A stretch of 64,000 nucleotides of DNA from an uncultured bacterium (GTDB lineage: Bacteria > Nitrospirota > Nitrospiria > Nitrospirales > Nitrospiraceae), in assembly GCA_965232965.1 (NCBI GenBank), contig CBDDRB010000021.1:223032-287031 (forward strand), in the 5' to 3' direction. The notes below the pieces were generated by a model. It was not told the origin of the DNA. It made no database searches and was given only the letters and a program-made list of their open reading frames with translations. Position 1 is the first letter of the stretch, and every line of letters begins with the position of its first letter. Positions 49,217-59,127 of the stretch are shown piece after piece. The position numbers were made by a program, and so were the translations under genes.

Positions 49217-50140
49217 ATGAAAGTACTCGTGACCGGAGGGGCCGGTTTTATCGGATCTCATTTGGTCGATCGGCTCGTTCAGGAAGGGCATGAGGTTATT
49301 GTTGTGGACAATCTGTCCACTGGGAAGCGGCGAAATATCAATCGTGCTGCGCGTTTCTTCAAGCTCGATATCCAAAGTTGGCGGCTTGAGCGGGTATTTC
49401 GCAACGAAAGGCCTAATATTGTCATGCATCTGGCTGCACAGATGGATGTGCGAAAATCACTGGAAGATCCAATCTTCGATGCCCAAGTGAACGTTCTGGG
49501 CATGCTCAACGTGTTGCAGCAATCGATTAAGCACGGTGTGCGAAAGTTTGTGTTTTCTTCTTCCGGTGGGGCCATCTACGGCGAGCAGGAAATCTATCCT
49601 GTTCCCGAGACTCATATCATGAGGCCATTATCGCCATACGGCATCAGCAAGCTCTGTGGGGAGCAATATCTCTCCTACTATCAACGAGTGAGTGGGCTTC
49701 AAATAGTGAGCCTGCGTTATGCCAATGTCTATGGTCCGCGTCAAGATCCTGAGGGAGAGGCCGGTGTCGTCGCGATCTTTATTCAGAAGTTGCTGAACAA
49801 TGAGCAAGCAATCGTCTATGGGAATGGCCGGCAAACGCGAGACTTTGTTTATGTCGATGATGTCGTTGAGGCAAATCTTGCCGTGATGAGTCAGGAAACC
49901 CAAGGGACGTATAACGTTGGAACAGGAGAGGAAACATCAATCAACGACTTGCTCAGAATATTGATCGCCCACACGAATTCGACATGCAAGGAAGTTCATG
50001 GCCCAGCCAAAAATGGCGAGCAGGTACGGAGTGTCATTGACTCCACCAAACTCCGTCAAGAGTTGTCCTGGGAGCCAAAAACCGAGATCAGAGAAGGGCT
50101 CAAGCGTACCGTCGACTATTTTCGCGAGCGAATGGGGTAA
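49217..50140 (+). CDS. NAD-dependent sugar-nucleotide epimerase/dehydratase (extended SDR; GalE-like)
   Basis: 'MKVLVTGGAGFIGSHLVDRL' and the catalytic 'SPYGISK' (YxxxK). Confidence 0.85.
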   Translation: MKVLVTGGAGFIGSHLVDRLVQEGHEVIVVDNLSTGKRRNINRAARFFKLDIQSWRLERVFRNERPNIVMHLAAQMDVRKSLEDPIFDAQVNVLGMLNVLQQSIKHGVRKFVFSSSGGAIYGEQEIYPVPETHIMRPLSPYGISKLCGEQYLSYYQRVSGLQIVSLRYANVYGPRQDPEGEAGVVAIFIQKLLNNEQAIVYGNGRQTRDFVYVDDVVEANLAVMSQETQGTYNVGTGEETSINDLLRILIAHTNSTCKEVHGPAKNGEQVRSVIDSTKLRQELSWEPKTEIREGLKRTVDYFRERMG

Positions 50141-50204
50141 AATCGACCCCGCAATATAGGCCAGGGGGGAGAGCAGATGTATGATGACTCTTGGTGGGGG
50201 TGAA

Positions 50205-50525
50205 CTAGTAGCGAGGAACTGATCCATCCACCAAAACGGACCAGGCGTCAATACCTCCCACCAAGTTCTTCACATTAGGGAACCCTTGCTGGAGCAAGAA
50301 GTTTGTCGCATCGGCGCTTCTCATGCCATGGTGGCAAATGGCAATAATCTCTGAGTCGCGATTCAATCGAGCGAGCGATTGAGGGATTGTGCCAAGGGGA
50401 ATGAGGATTGAGCCATCCAGTTTTGCCAGTGAATATTCCCATTCCTCTCTCACATCAAGCAGAACTAATTTGTCCCCCTTATCAATACGTGCTTTCAGCT
50501 CTGTTGGCGAAATTGCATAGCCCAT
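50205..50525 (-). CDS. Single-domain rhodanese (sulfurtransferase)
   Basis: 'LLDVREEWEY' and the active-site loop 'ICHHGMRS'. ATG at 50525 is preceded by 'aaggagg'. Confidence 0.85.
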   Translation of the reverse strand: MGYAISPTELKARIDKGDKLVLLDVREEWEYSLAKLDGSILIPLGTIPQSLARLNRDSEIIAICHHGMRSADATNFLLQQGFPNVKNLVGGIDAWSVLVDGSVPRY

Positions 50526-50781
50526 CAAGAGTGCCTCCTTCTTAAGTTCGTTATGATATGCGAGGTAAGAAAATCTTGTCAATGAGTCTAGAGGGTGGCT
50601 TCGGGTCCGGCATATTCTCAAATGGAGAGTTGAAGTGATCGGGGTTTTATACTTGTACTTGAAATAATTAGGAAGGACGAAAAACGTACATTTTAGGCAA
50701 CTCTTGTCTTTGTGAGATTTTACAACGAACCATTTTAATTGTGAAAGAGTGTTGGCAGAGGGTAAAATAAATGAGTCGCAA

Positions 50782-50815
50782 GATGATAAGATATTGATTA
50801 ATTGTGATAATCATG
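50782..50815. promoter_or_regulatory. Fur-family-box-like AT-rich hexamer array in the rhodanese/cutA divergent region
   Basis: 'gatgataagatattgattaattgtgataatcatg' contains the exact 10-mer 'tgataatcat' from the 19-bp Fur consensus GATAATGATAATCATTATC. The flanking GATAAG/ATTAAT-type hexamers also fit. The full 19-mer match is only about 12 of 19. Confidence 0.25.
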
Positions 50816-50848
50816 CAGTTGCCTACGTAATAGGCCCAGAAATTGCTT

Positions 50849-50868
50849 TTGGTATAAGTTGGTATAAG
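50849..50868 (+). repeat. Perfect tandem duplication 'TTGGTATAAG' x2, each copy an extended -10-like element (TGgTATAAg)
   Basis: Read directly at 50849-50858 and 50859-50868, which is 66-85 nt upstream of the cutA ATG. Confidence 0.6.
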
Positions 50869-50933
50869 ATTGTCCAAAGGGACAGGCGAGGGATCAGTAG
50901 GAAGGCGGAAAGACTCTAGAAAGGTCATGCCCT

Positions 50934-51266
50934 ATGAAGCAATCAGCCGAACAAGTTCTTGTGGTCTTAGTTACGGCATCAAGTCAGAAAGATGCGGTGA
51001 AGATTGGCGAAGCGATAGTGAAGGCAAGGCTGGCTGCTTGTGCCAATATCATCTCGGACGTTCAATCGGTTTATCGTTGGAAGGGAAAAGTGGTCAAGGA
51101 CAAAGAAGCGCTTCTGATATTGAAATCCACGAAGCCTCGATATCGTGCTCTCGAAAAAGCAATCAAGGCGATGCACGCCTATGAAATCCCTGAAATTATT
51201 GCGTTGCCGGTTAAAAAAGGTCATGATAGATACATTGGATGGGTTCATAGTGAAACCCGCAGTTAA
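50934..51266 (+). CDS. cutA: Divalent-cation tolerance protein CutA
   Basis: 'LAACANIISDVQSVYRWKGKV...EALLILKST' and 'HAYEIPEIIALPV' are CutA1 blocks. Confidence 0.9.
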   Translation: MKQSAEQVLVVLVTASSQKDAVKIGEAIVKARLAACANIISDVQSVYRWKGKVVKDKEALLILKSTKPRYRALEKAIKAMHAYEIPEIIALPVKKGHDRYIGWVHSETRS

Positions 51267-51380
51267 TTTCTATCGAGAAAGCCCCAAAGCGAGGGGTTGA
51301 CTGAAGTGATCTGGATCGATACACTCGGCATGGATGGTTAGTGGAAGGTGAGTTGCCTGTTCAGCAAAGGGGTGAAGATC

Positions 51381-52418
51381 ATGGGACAAGTTAATGGCGC
51401 AGAAGACAGCGATGCCTATACTGTCGTGATCTTTCGTGGTTCAACGGCTAAACCGCTACGGTTTAGTTTTCCTCGGAAACTTGTCAGTAAACTATTGATT
51501 GTTGGAGCTATTTTAGTTCTAGTCGATATTCTTGTCCTTTCACACTATGTCATTAGAACCGGAGAAGTTTGGGAACTCTCATCATTCCGTGAAGAAGCAT
51601 TGAGTGCGCGGGAACAGACTGAAGCATTTTCTAGCGCCGTGGATGATTTGAAGAAACGATTGACGAGCATGAAAGAGGTCAATCAACGACTACGCGTCAT
51701 GTTGGGGATTGAGAGCCCAAAGGCTGGTGATGTGGCTAATGGTCGAGGTGGTGAGGATGCCCCTCTTCCAGCAGGCAACAGTCTTTCTACTTCTGAGAAG
51801 ACTCTACAAGGCGACGCTGGCATTCAACTTCTCAATTCAGGAGATTCCAGTCAGAATAGTTTGGCTGGTCAAACGAGTTCATTAGCCGGTTCAAGTGATT
51901 TTATAGAGCAGGAGAGGATTGCCTCACTGAAGGATAGTATAGATTGGTTGTCGAAGGAAGCGACGATCCAGGAACAGTCACTTCAAGAATTATCCTTGGC
52001 TGCCGAAAAAAAATCTTCTCGATGGGCAGCAACGCCATCTATCTGGCCGGTGAAAGGGTGGGTGACGTCTGGGTTCGGGCCAAGGGTTTCTCCGTTTACA
52101 GAAAAGCCAGCCTGGCATGATGGGCTGGATATTGGAGCTGCCGCTAACGCACCTGTACAGGCTCCGGCTCAAGGGCGGGTTACAGCAATCGGGTTCGACC
52201 CTAAGCTAGGAAATCTCGTGAAAATCGACCATGGATTCGGTATCGAAACGCTCTATGGGCACCTCGCCAAGGCATTAGTCAAAGAGGGGCAGCGCGTGAA
52301 GCGTGGTGAAGTTGTTGGCCTAGTCGGTAGCAGTGGACTCGCGACTGGACCTCACTTGCACTATATGGTCAAGGTTAATGGGCAAGCGTTAGATCCGGTA
52401 AAGTATATCCTCGAATAG
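51381..52418 (+). CDS. M23-family murein endopeptidase (coiled-coil N-domain plus LytM domain)
   Basis: 'WHDGLDIGA', 'GNLVKIDHG' and 'GSSGLATGPHLHY' (the HxxxD and HxH zinc motifs). An N-terminal TM segment is present. Confidence 0.85.
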   Translation: MGQVNGAEDSDAYTVVIFRGSTAKPLRFSFPRKLVSKLLIVGAILVLVDILVLSHYVIRTGEVWELSSFREEALSAREQTEAFSSAVDDLKKRLTSMKEVNQRLRVMLGIESPKAGDVANGRGGEDAPLPAGNSLSTSEKTLQGDAGIQLLNSGDSSQNSLAGQTSSLAGSSDFIEQERIASLKDSIDWLSKEATIQEQSLQELSLAAEKKSSRWAATPSIWPVKGWVTSGFGPRVSPFTEKPAWHDGLDIGAAANAPVQAPAQGRVTAIGFDPKLGNLVKIDHGFGIETLYGHLAKALVKEGQRVKRGEVVGLVGSSGLATGPHLHYMVKVNGQALDPVKYILE

Positions 52419-52595
52419 CTCGTTAAGCCTTCCACCTTCCTTCATCAGTACGTCTTCAACCGATCCGATCTGTGACAAGGCCATTCTGATTCACAGACTC
52501 CGATTCCTCCACCAATACCTCAGAATCCGACTCAATTCATGTGCTATACTGCCGCGCCACTGACGCAGTGAGATTAAGCGCGACTCCATTTATCT

Positions 52596-54278
52596 ATGAA
52601 GGATATTGAGATCAACCGGTCAGTAAAGGCGTGCCCAATTCAGGATGTCGCCGGTCAGCTTGGCATCCAGGCCAGCGAGCTCATTCAATATGGAAATCTG
52701 AAGGCGAAGGTTTCGCTCGACGTACTTGAACGGCTTCATGCTGCACCACTCGGCAGATATATCCTTGTGACCGCCATCAATCCAACCCCGCTCGGGGAAG
52801 GGAAAACGACCACTTCCATTGGGCTTGCCATGGGCCTTTCCCGTCTCGGCCACCGAACGGCCGTCACGCTTCGGCAGCCTTCGTTGGGGCCGGTGTTTGG
52901 AATCAAAGGCGGGGGAACAGGCGGAGGGCGAGCCCAAGTCCTTCCGATGGAAGAGATCAACCTCCACCTGACCGGCGACGCCCACGCCGTGTCCGCGAGT
53001 CACAATCTCTTGTCAGCATTTGCCGATAATCATCTCTTTCATGGGAATACGCTTCAGCTTGATCGAAATCGAATTATCTGGCCACGGACACTGGGCGTCA
53101 GCGATCGAGCCCTACGCCAGGTCTCGCTGGGAGAGGGAGCCGTGGGTCGCACGAGCCAGTTTGTGATTACGGAAGCTTCAGAAGTCATGGCGACGCTCGC
53201 CTTGGCATCGAACCAAGCCGACCTGCGACACAGGCTCGGGCAGATCGTCGTTGGTTTTAAAATCGATGGCAAGCCGGTACGGGCAGAAGAATTTGGATGC
53301 GCCGGGTCGATGGCAGTCTTGCTGAGAGACGCGTTGTTGCCGAACCTGGTTCAGACATTGGAAGGAACCCCTGCGTTCGTGCATACCGGTCCGTTCGGGA
53401 ATATCGCCCACGGGAATTGCTCGATTCTGTCAGATGCCATCGCGTTACGTTGTGCAGACTACGTCGTGACTGAGGCCGGATTTGGGAGTGATCTCGGCGC
53501 AGAGAAATTTTTCAATATCAAGTGTCGACTCTCAGGATTTAAGCCGGCGGCGGCCGTGGTGGTTGCGACACTTCGGGCACTCAAACTTCACGGTGGCGGA
53601 GGGTCAGTTAAGCTTGGAGCCCCGCTTCCAGCAGGACTTACTGGGCCGAATCAGGATGCATTGGCAAAGGGATTTGCGAATTTAGAGCAGCACATTGCGA
53701 ATGTGAAAGCCCATGGGGTTCCCGTAGTGGTGGCGGTCAATGGGTTCATCGATGACCCGGTGTCTGAACTGGAATGGGTTCGAGAGCGATCCCAAGAAGT
53801 TGGTGCAGTAGATGCCGCGATCTCGACCCATTGGGCTGATGGCGGCGAAGGGGCTAAGGATCTAGCGAAGGCTGTGGTCAAAGCGACAGAAAAAGCGTCT
53901 GCGTTCAGGCATTTATATGATGTTGACTGGCCGATCAAAAGGAAAATCCAGACGATCGCCACTCAGATGTATGGGGCATCTGCCGTGTCATTCGACGCAC
54001 AGGCCGATCATGACATTGAGGTGGCACAGCAGGTTGGCCTTGATCGACTCCCCATTTGCATGGCCAAGACGCCGTTATCGCTGTCGCATGATCCGGCGTT
54101 GAAGGGCCGCCCGTTAGGATTCACGCTGCCGATCAAAGAAGTGCGAATGCTCGCTGGGGCAGGGTTCCTGACGGCGATTTGCTCAGGGATTCAACTTATG
54201 CCAGGGTTGCCCAAGAAGCCGGCAGGAGAACGTATTGGGATCGATCCAGGCACGGGCAAGATTGTGGGGTTGTCCTGA
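52596..54278 (+). CDS. fhs: Formate--tetrahydrofolate ligase
   Basis: 'TAINPTPLGEGKTTTSIGL', 'PSLGPVFGIKGGGTGGG' and 'FGNIAHGNCS'. Confidence 0.95.
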   Translation: MKDIEINRSVKACPIQDVAGQLGIQASELIQYGNLKAKVSLDVLERLHAAPLGRYILVTAINPTPLGEGKTTTSIGLAMGLSRLGHRTAVTLRQPSLGPVFGIKGGGTGGGRAQVLPMEEINLHLTGDAHAVSASHNLLSAFADNHLFHGNTLQLDRNRIIWPRTLGVSDRALRQVSLGEGAVGRTSQFVITEASEVMATLALASNQADLRHRLGQIVVGFKIDGKPVRAEEFGCAGSMAVLLRDALLPNLVQTLEGTPAFVHTGPFGNIAHGNCSILSDAIALRCADYVVTEAGFGSDLGAEKFFNIKCRLSGFKPAAAVVVATLRALKLHGGGGSVKLGAPLPAGLTGPNQDALAKGFANLEQHIANVKAHGVPVVVAVNGFIDDPVSELEWVRERSQEVGAVDAAISTHWADGGEGAKDLAKAVVKATEKASAFRHLYDVDWPIKRKIQTIATQMYGASAVSFDAQADHDIEVAQQVGLDRLPICMAKTPLSLSHDPALKGRPLGFTLPIKEVRMLAGAGFLTAICSGIQLMPGLPKKPAGERIGIDPGTGKIVGLS

Positions 54279-54281
54279 AGG

Positions 54282-55142
54282 CTAGCGCTGCTTAAGGTAG
54301 CGCAAGAATTCTGAGTCTGGACTCATCACCAAGGTAGACTTCTCTTTGAAAGTTTTCTTGTAGGCTTCCATCGAGCGAGTAAATTCAAAAAAGTGAGTGT
54401 CCTGCCTGTAGGCCTCAGCGTAGACCTTAAAAGCCTTCGCATCCCCTGCGCCGCGAAGTTCCTCCGATTCCTTATATGCCTGAGCAAGAATAATCTCGCG
54501 ATCCTTTTCCGCCTCTGAACGGATCTTCTGTGCTTCCTCAGCGCCCTCCGCACGGTATTGCTTCGCTTGCCGTTCTCGCTCAGCTTGCATCCGGGCGAAC
54601 ACGGCCTTCTCGTTTTGTTCTGGAAGGTCAGCGCGTTTGATTCTGACGTCCTGAATCTCGATCCCATATGCGGAGGCTTTTTCATGCGATCGTTGGGTCA
54701 CGATCTTCATGAGATCGGCGCGATGATCGGCGACGATTTCCAGAAGGTCATGGCGTCCGAGTTCGACTCGAAGTTCAGAATAGATGATATCGTTCAGCCG
54801 TTGCCGCGCTCCCCGCTGAGTTTGAAAATTCTGATAGACCTTGAGGGGATCGACAATCCGCCATTTGGCGTAGTTGTCAAGGAGGAGCGTCTTCTTGTCC
54901 TGTGTGATCACGTCTTGTGCTTGTGAGTCGTAGTCCAGCAGGCGCTTGTCGAAATAGGTGACTTCTTGAATGAACGGTATCTTCACATAGAGGCCCGGCT
55001 CGGTGATGTCGCGAACAGGCTTTCCGAGCTGGACGACGATCGCATTCTGGATGATGTCCACGGTGAAGAGGGGTGAGGCCCCTAGGAAAAACAAACCCAC
55101 AATGACCGCCAGCACCGCAATGATGAACCCCTGTTTGGTCAT
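54282..55142 (-). CDS. hflC: FtsH protease modulator HflC (SPFH/band-7)
   Basis: N-terminal TM segment plus an SPFH domain. ATGA overlap with the upstream hflK. Confidence 0.88.
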   Translation of the reverse strand: MTKQGFIIAVLAVIVGLFFLGASPLFTVDIIQNAIVVQLGKPVRDITEPGLYVKIPFIQEVTYFDKRLLDYDSQAQDVITQDKKTLLLDNYAKWRIVDPLKVYQNFQTQRGARQRLNDIIYSELRVELGRHDLLEIVADHRADLMKIVTQRSHEKASAYGIEIQDVRIKRADLPEQNEKAVFARMQAERERQAKQYRAEGAEEAQKIRSEAEKDREIILAQAYKESEELRGAGDAKAFKVYAEAYRQDTHFFEFTRSMEAYKKTFKEKSTLVMSPDSEFLRYLKQR

Positions 55143-56194
55143 TGATTCTGGCCCTCTACAGTGGTACCGGTTCTCGGTCTGAGACGCTCGAGCGGAAGGT
55201 AAGGGAGTACACGATCGGCCGTCTTGCCGTCAATGATGATCTTGTCGATACTGGGAAGAATTTCCTCCATGGTTTCGATATAGATTCGCTTGCTGATCAC
55301 GTCTTTGGCTTGATTGTATTCTTTCAGGGTCGCCAGAAAACGGTTGGCTTCACCTTGAGCGCGATTCAGTCGTGCCTGAGCATACCCCTTGGACTGGTTC
55401 ACCACCTGAGCCGCTTCGCCTTGGGCTTTGGGAAGGATGTCGTTGCGATAGCTCTGAGATTGGTTGATCAGTTTCTCTCGATCTTCCTTTGCATTCGTCA
55501 CATCTTTGAACGCAGCCGCCACGGCCTCGGGAGGACTAACGTCCTGGAGCTGGATCGCCGCGACCTGTACGCCGCCCTGATACTGGTCAAGAAGAGATTG
55601 CAGGAGCACCTGAGTATCCTGCTGGATCTGGGCCTTACCGGTCGTCAATGCCTCGTCGATTTTTCCCTTGCCAACCACTTCTCGCATTGAAGCTTCGGCA
55701 GCTTTGCCGATGGTCTCATCGATTTCTGCCACGCTGAAAAGGTAGTTTGCCGATTCTTTTATTTTGTATTGCACAATGAATTGGATGGCCAAGATGTTCA
55801 TATCGCCAGTGAGCATCAAGGCCTCTTGCGCCAGCATCTGCTGGCGGCCTTGCCGGTCTGTGCGGAAGCCTACTTCGATACGATGGAGTTTCTGGACTTT
55901 CGGCTGCAGGACGGTTTCAACGAAGGGGGCTTTCACGTGAGGGCCTGGCCCCACGGTTCGGACAGGGGCGCCGAATCGCTTGACGACGCCTTCCTCGTCC
56001 GGGGCGACGATAAACACACTGTGCCAGGCAAGAAAGACGAGCAGCCCTGCCAATGCGACGTTTCTGAAACCGCTCGAAGGCAACAGAGTATTGAATGAGG
56101 GCATCAGATTCTTGAACTGTGATTGGGCCTGCTTGAGGGCATCCTCAAGCGGGTCGCTCTTTCTACTCCAAGGATCTTTGGGGTCCCAAACCAT
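55139..56194 (-). CDS. hflK: FtsH protease modulator HflK (SPFH/band-7)
   Basis: 'DPW' N-terminal region, a TM segment, an SPFH domain and 'RAQGEANRF'. Precedes hflC. Confidence 0.88.
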   Translation of the reverse strand: MVWDPKDPWSRKSDPLEDALKQAQSQFKNLMPSFNTLLPSSGFRNVALAGLLVFLAWHSVFIVAPDEEGVVKRFGAPVRTVGPGPHVKAPFVETVLQPKVQKLHRIEVGFRTDRQGRQQMLAQEALMLTGDMNILAIQFIVQYKIKESANYLFSVAEIDETIGKAAEASMREVVGKGKIDEALTTGKAQIQQDTQVLLQSLLDQYQGGVQVAAIQLQDVSPPEAVAAAFKDVTNAKEDREKLINQSQSYRNDILPKAQGEAAQVVNQSKGYAQARLNRAQGEANRFLATLKEYNQAKDVISKRIYIETMEEILPSIDKIIIDGKTADRVLPYLPLERLRPRTGTTVEGQNQ

Positions 56195-56549
56195 GCAAAT
56201 TATCCGGTCGATGCGAGTTGCGATGGAGCGTTGACGTGGCTCAACATAGCAGACTGCCTAGAAGCGACGCAATCACCATAATCACTATTTGATCCGTTAC
56301 AGGTTCTTCGTATGAAGAGGAATGCCTAGCTACGGATGGAAAGCCGAGCCAAAAAGCTGAATTGCGTCACGCACTGCAGATCAGACACGGCTGGATATTT
56401 TCGACGAGGTCAGAAAAACTGAGCGTGGCACGTGTGAGATGAAACGGTAGCCTTCAATTCACATTCGAGGCGGGGTTTGTTCTGGATGGTGAAGACGACG
56501 CGACATCGATTCATCCAGACACTTCGATACCTTCGCCGGAGATCTTGAC

Positions 56550-57587
56550 TCAGGCGACTGCACCTCCACAAGAGGAACCGGTGCCGGCGGTGCAGCCATA
56601 GCAATGGTTGCGGGTCGTGATCCGGCGCTGATTGAGTTGCGCCGGATCAAAGTCGCGGATATGAGCGGGAGCACCGTGACCCACGGGCAGATCGAGCATC
56701 TGGTTGAAGTCGCAGTCATACAGAGTCCCATCCCACCCCACGGAGATCGTATAGCGGCACATGACCCCGGCAGCGGCAACGGGATTGAAGGCGTTGGCCA
56801 GACGCTTCATATACGGTTCGTAGTTGCCACTCTCCAAGAGAAACTCGAGAAACCGGCTGATCGGCATATTCGTGATCGTGTAGAGATGGTTAAATTCCAC
56901 ACCGTGGCGTGCCAGGAGTGCTTTTCGAAACTGCGCTTCGATCGATTCCTGCTTGGCAGGGAGAAAGGCTCCGACCGGATTGCAGACGAGATTCAACGAC
57001 AACCCGCTTCTAGGCCGGCCGTAGCCAAGTTGATTGAGGAGGCAGAGCGCCTGGATTGATTTTTCAAATACGCCCTCGCCTCGCTGCGCATCGGTCTGGC
57101 TTGCGCGATAGTAGGGCAGCGAAGCAACGATTTCCACTCGATGTCCGGCTAGGAATTCAGCCAAGTCCGCTTGCGAAGGAAGGAGCAAGACAGACAAGTT
57201 GCATCGATCCATCACATGGCGACCTAATGTCCGGCTCTGTTCGACCAACCAGCGAAAATTGGGGTTGAGCTCCGGCGCGCCACCCGTGATGTCAACCGTC
57301 GGAATATCGGTCTGAGCGAGAGCGCGGATGCATTGCTCTGCCGTCTCGCGTGACATGTGTTCGGTCCGGTCAGGCCCTGCATCGACATGGCAGTGACGAC
57401 AAGTCTGATTGCAAAGCTTGCCGACATTGATCTGAAAGACCGTGATTCCGGTGGCGCGAAGCGGGATCAGGCCGGTTTGATCGAGTTGCGTCTCAAAGGA
57501 CGGGCAGCTCGTGGTCTTCTCGAGTATCTTTAATTGTTCCGTGGAGGAGGCGAGAGGATTATGTTGTCCCAGCAGGGTCAGCGCCAT
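56550..57587 (-). CDS. arsS: Radical SAM/Cys-rich-domain protein of the ArsS type (arsenosugar biosynthesis), Cys form
   Basis: Radical SAM 'CNQTCRHCH' and the Cys-rich C-terminus 'NHCYGCTAGTGSSCGGAVA' typical of TIGR04167-like proteins. It sits next to an ArsM-like gene. Confidence 0.75.
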   Translation of the reverse strand: MALTLLGQHNPLASSTEQLKILEKTTSCPSFETQLDQTGLIPLRATGITVFQINVGKLCNQTCRHCHVDAGPDRTEHMSRETAEQCIRALAQTDIPTVDITGGAPELNPNFRWLVEQSRTLGRHVMDRCNLSVLLLPSQADLAEFLAGHRVEIVASLPYYRASQTDAQRGEGVFEKSIQALCLLNQLGYGRPRSGLSLNLVCNPVGAFLPAKQESIEAQFRKALLARHGVEFNHLYTITNMPISRFLEFLLESGNYEPYMKRLANAFNPVAAAGVMCRYTISVGWDGTLYDCDFNQMLDLPVGHGAPAHIRDFDPAQLNQRRITTRNHCYGCTAGTGSSCGGAVA

Positions 57588-57749
57588 ATCTGTTCCTGTC
57601 GGAAAGAGAGAATACGTCTCAGGAGTCGATCACTACCAGCGCGTATGAACCGAACGCCATCAACGTCGATTCCGGGACCGCTCACAGCAGCCGAAACCCA
57701 GGACCTGTACTTGTTCGCGCATCAGCATCGTGTTGCTCTCAGGGCGCCA

Positions 57750-58940
57750 TCAGCAGCAGCTGTCTTCGTTGGGAGAGCAGGTGACGGCATCATCCTCGAT
57801 GCTGCGGCTCGCGCGGTTGATGATGGCGAAATGAGGAGCGTAGCCGCCGGCGTTCAATACTGGGAGCGTCTTGGAACAGATCTCCAGCGGTTCGCCTCGA
57901 CGATAGACATGATGGTCGTCGTCGGCGGCTTCGATGAAGGGTCCGGCGAGCATGGCGAAATGCCCTTGCCAGCGGCAGGGAGCATCTGCGGGATTGATCG
58001 CAGTCCATCGATTATCGGATCGATCCAGCCAGAGCGGGTCGGAAGAGAGAACAAAATGAGAAGCCGACGGAGCCTGACTCAAGAGGGATACAGTGTCCGG
58101 TGTGATTGGCTGGGGAATCCCTCTGAGATACGTTGTGCCTAGCTCATCGACCACTCGGCTGAATGGCCCGCGAAGCGTGGCATAGCGCACCTCCGATACC
58201 AGTGCGCTTGCAGGAAGCTTATATCCCGTCAACGTCACGGAGAAGAAGTGTATGCCGTCGATCGTTTGCCAAGGTGAGAAATTGATCAGATGAATGCCCA
58301 GAAAGCCGCTTCCCGCTATTCCTGCGAGATAGTCGGTGAACGCCAGCGCTCCGGAAAGGCAGTCGCCCCATTTTTCAGCATCGTGAACCAAGTACTGTGG
58401 AACGGGCTGATCGGCTACGATATCGGAAATCGTAAATCGTCCACCAGGTTTGGCGACACGAAACATTTCCCTGAAGACTTTTTGTTTATCGGGCGCAAGG
58501 TTGATCACACAATTGGAGATGATCAGATCGATGGAGCCGTCATTCACCGGTATTGCGTCAGCCATTCCTTTCCGAAATTCGACATTGGAGGTCTGATAGC
58601 GAAGGTTGGCTGCGACAATGGGAGCATTCTTTTTGGCGATAGCCAGCATCGTGTCGGTCATATCAATCCCAATGACGTGACCTGTTTCGCCGACAAGTCG
58701 GGAGGCTTCGAAGCAATCGATTCCCCCGCCTGAACCGATATCCAATACGGTTTCACCTGGGGAGACAGTTTTTAGTCCGGCTGGTGTGCCACAACCGTAT
58801 GAAATTTTGAGGACTTCTTCCGGGATGAAGGATTGAAGCTCGGCAAAATCATAGCTCGTCGGGCAACACATCTGTTCACCTGTTGACGCAGCTCGGGCAT
58901 AGCGGTCGTTGACCTTTTGGATAATCTCCTCTATTGGCAT
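57750..58940 (-). CDS. arsM: ArsM-like As(III) S-adenosylmethionine methyltransferase with extended C-terminal domain
   Basis: SAM motif 'VLDIGSGGGIDCF', 'GIDMTDTML' and 'NCVINL'. Cys25/26, Cys50, Cys144 and Cys194 reproduce my recollection of the spacing of the four catalytic Cys of characterised ArsM, about 25/94/50 here versus about 28/102/50. Confidence 0.72.
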   Translation of the reverse strand: MPIEEIIQKVNDRYARAASTGEQMCCPTSYDFAELQSFIPEEVLKISYGCGTPAGLKTVSPGETVLDIGSGGGIDCFEASRLVGETGHVIGIDMTDTMLAIAKKNAPIVAANLRYQTSNVEFRKGMADAIPVNDGSIDLIISNCVINLAPDKQKVFREMFRVAKPGGRFTISDIVADQPVPQYLVHDAEKWGDCLSGALAFTDYLAGIAGSGFLGIHLINFSPWQTIDGIHFFSVTLTGYKLPASALVSEVRYATLRGPFSRVVDELGTTYLRGIPQPITPDTVSLLSQAPSASHFVLSSDPLWLDRSDNRWTAINPADAPCRWQGHFAMLAGPFIEAADDDHHVYRRGEPLEICSKTLPVLNAGGYAPHFAIINRASRSIEDDAVTCSPNEDSCC

Positions 58941-59127
58941 AGCCGCGCCTCACGGTCAAAGAAACGATGTCCTCGTTTCCATGTATCAACTTGGATGGCG
59001 GTTCGTCAACTCTGTTTTCCTCCAGATCTCGTCACGTGTCGAACAGAGGGTAAAACGCTTGCAAGGCTCTGATCGAGCCTATTCATATTTTCCCTCAATA
59101 TTCTCCCGAAGATTGCTCAACCCGTGT

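Noticed and set aside
50668-50928. 86-aa minus-strand ORF in the AT-rich rhodanese/cutA spacer
   Set aside because: Its codon composition differs from all neighbouring genes, it has no RBS, and it spans the putative promoter and operator region. It probably stays open by chance: stop codons are AT-rich, so this AT-rich stretch does not favour long ORFs.
52419-52595. Possible ZTP or THF riboswitch upstream of fhs
   Set aside because: I looked for the ZTP pseudoknot core ('CCGCCTGGGC'-like) and found nothing similar. The leader is short (177 nt), with only a weak 6-bp hairpin ('ctgtga...tcacag').
57534-58142. 202-aa plus-strand ORF spanning the arsS-arsM spacer
   Set aside because: It is mostly antisense to the 3' part of the ArsM-like gene. 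It has no RBS and an Arg-rich, junk-like composition.
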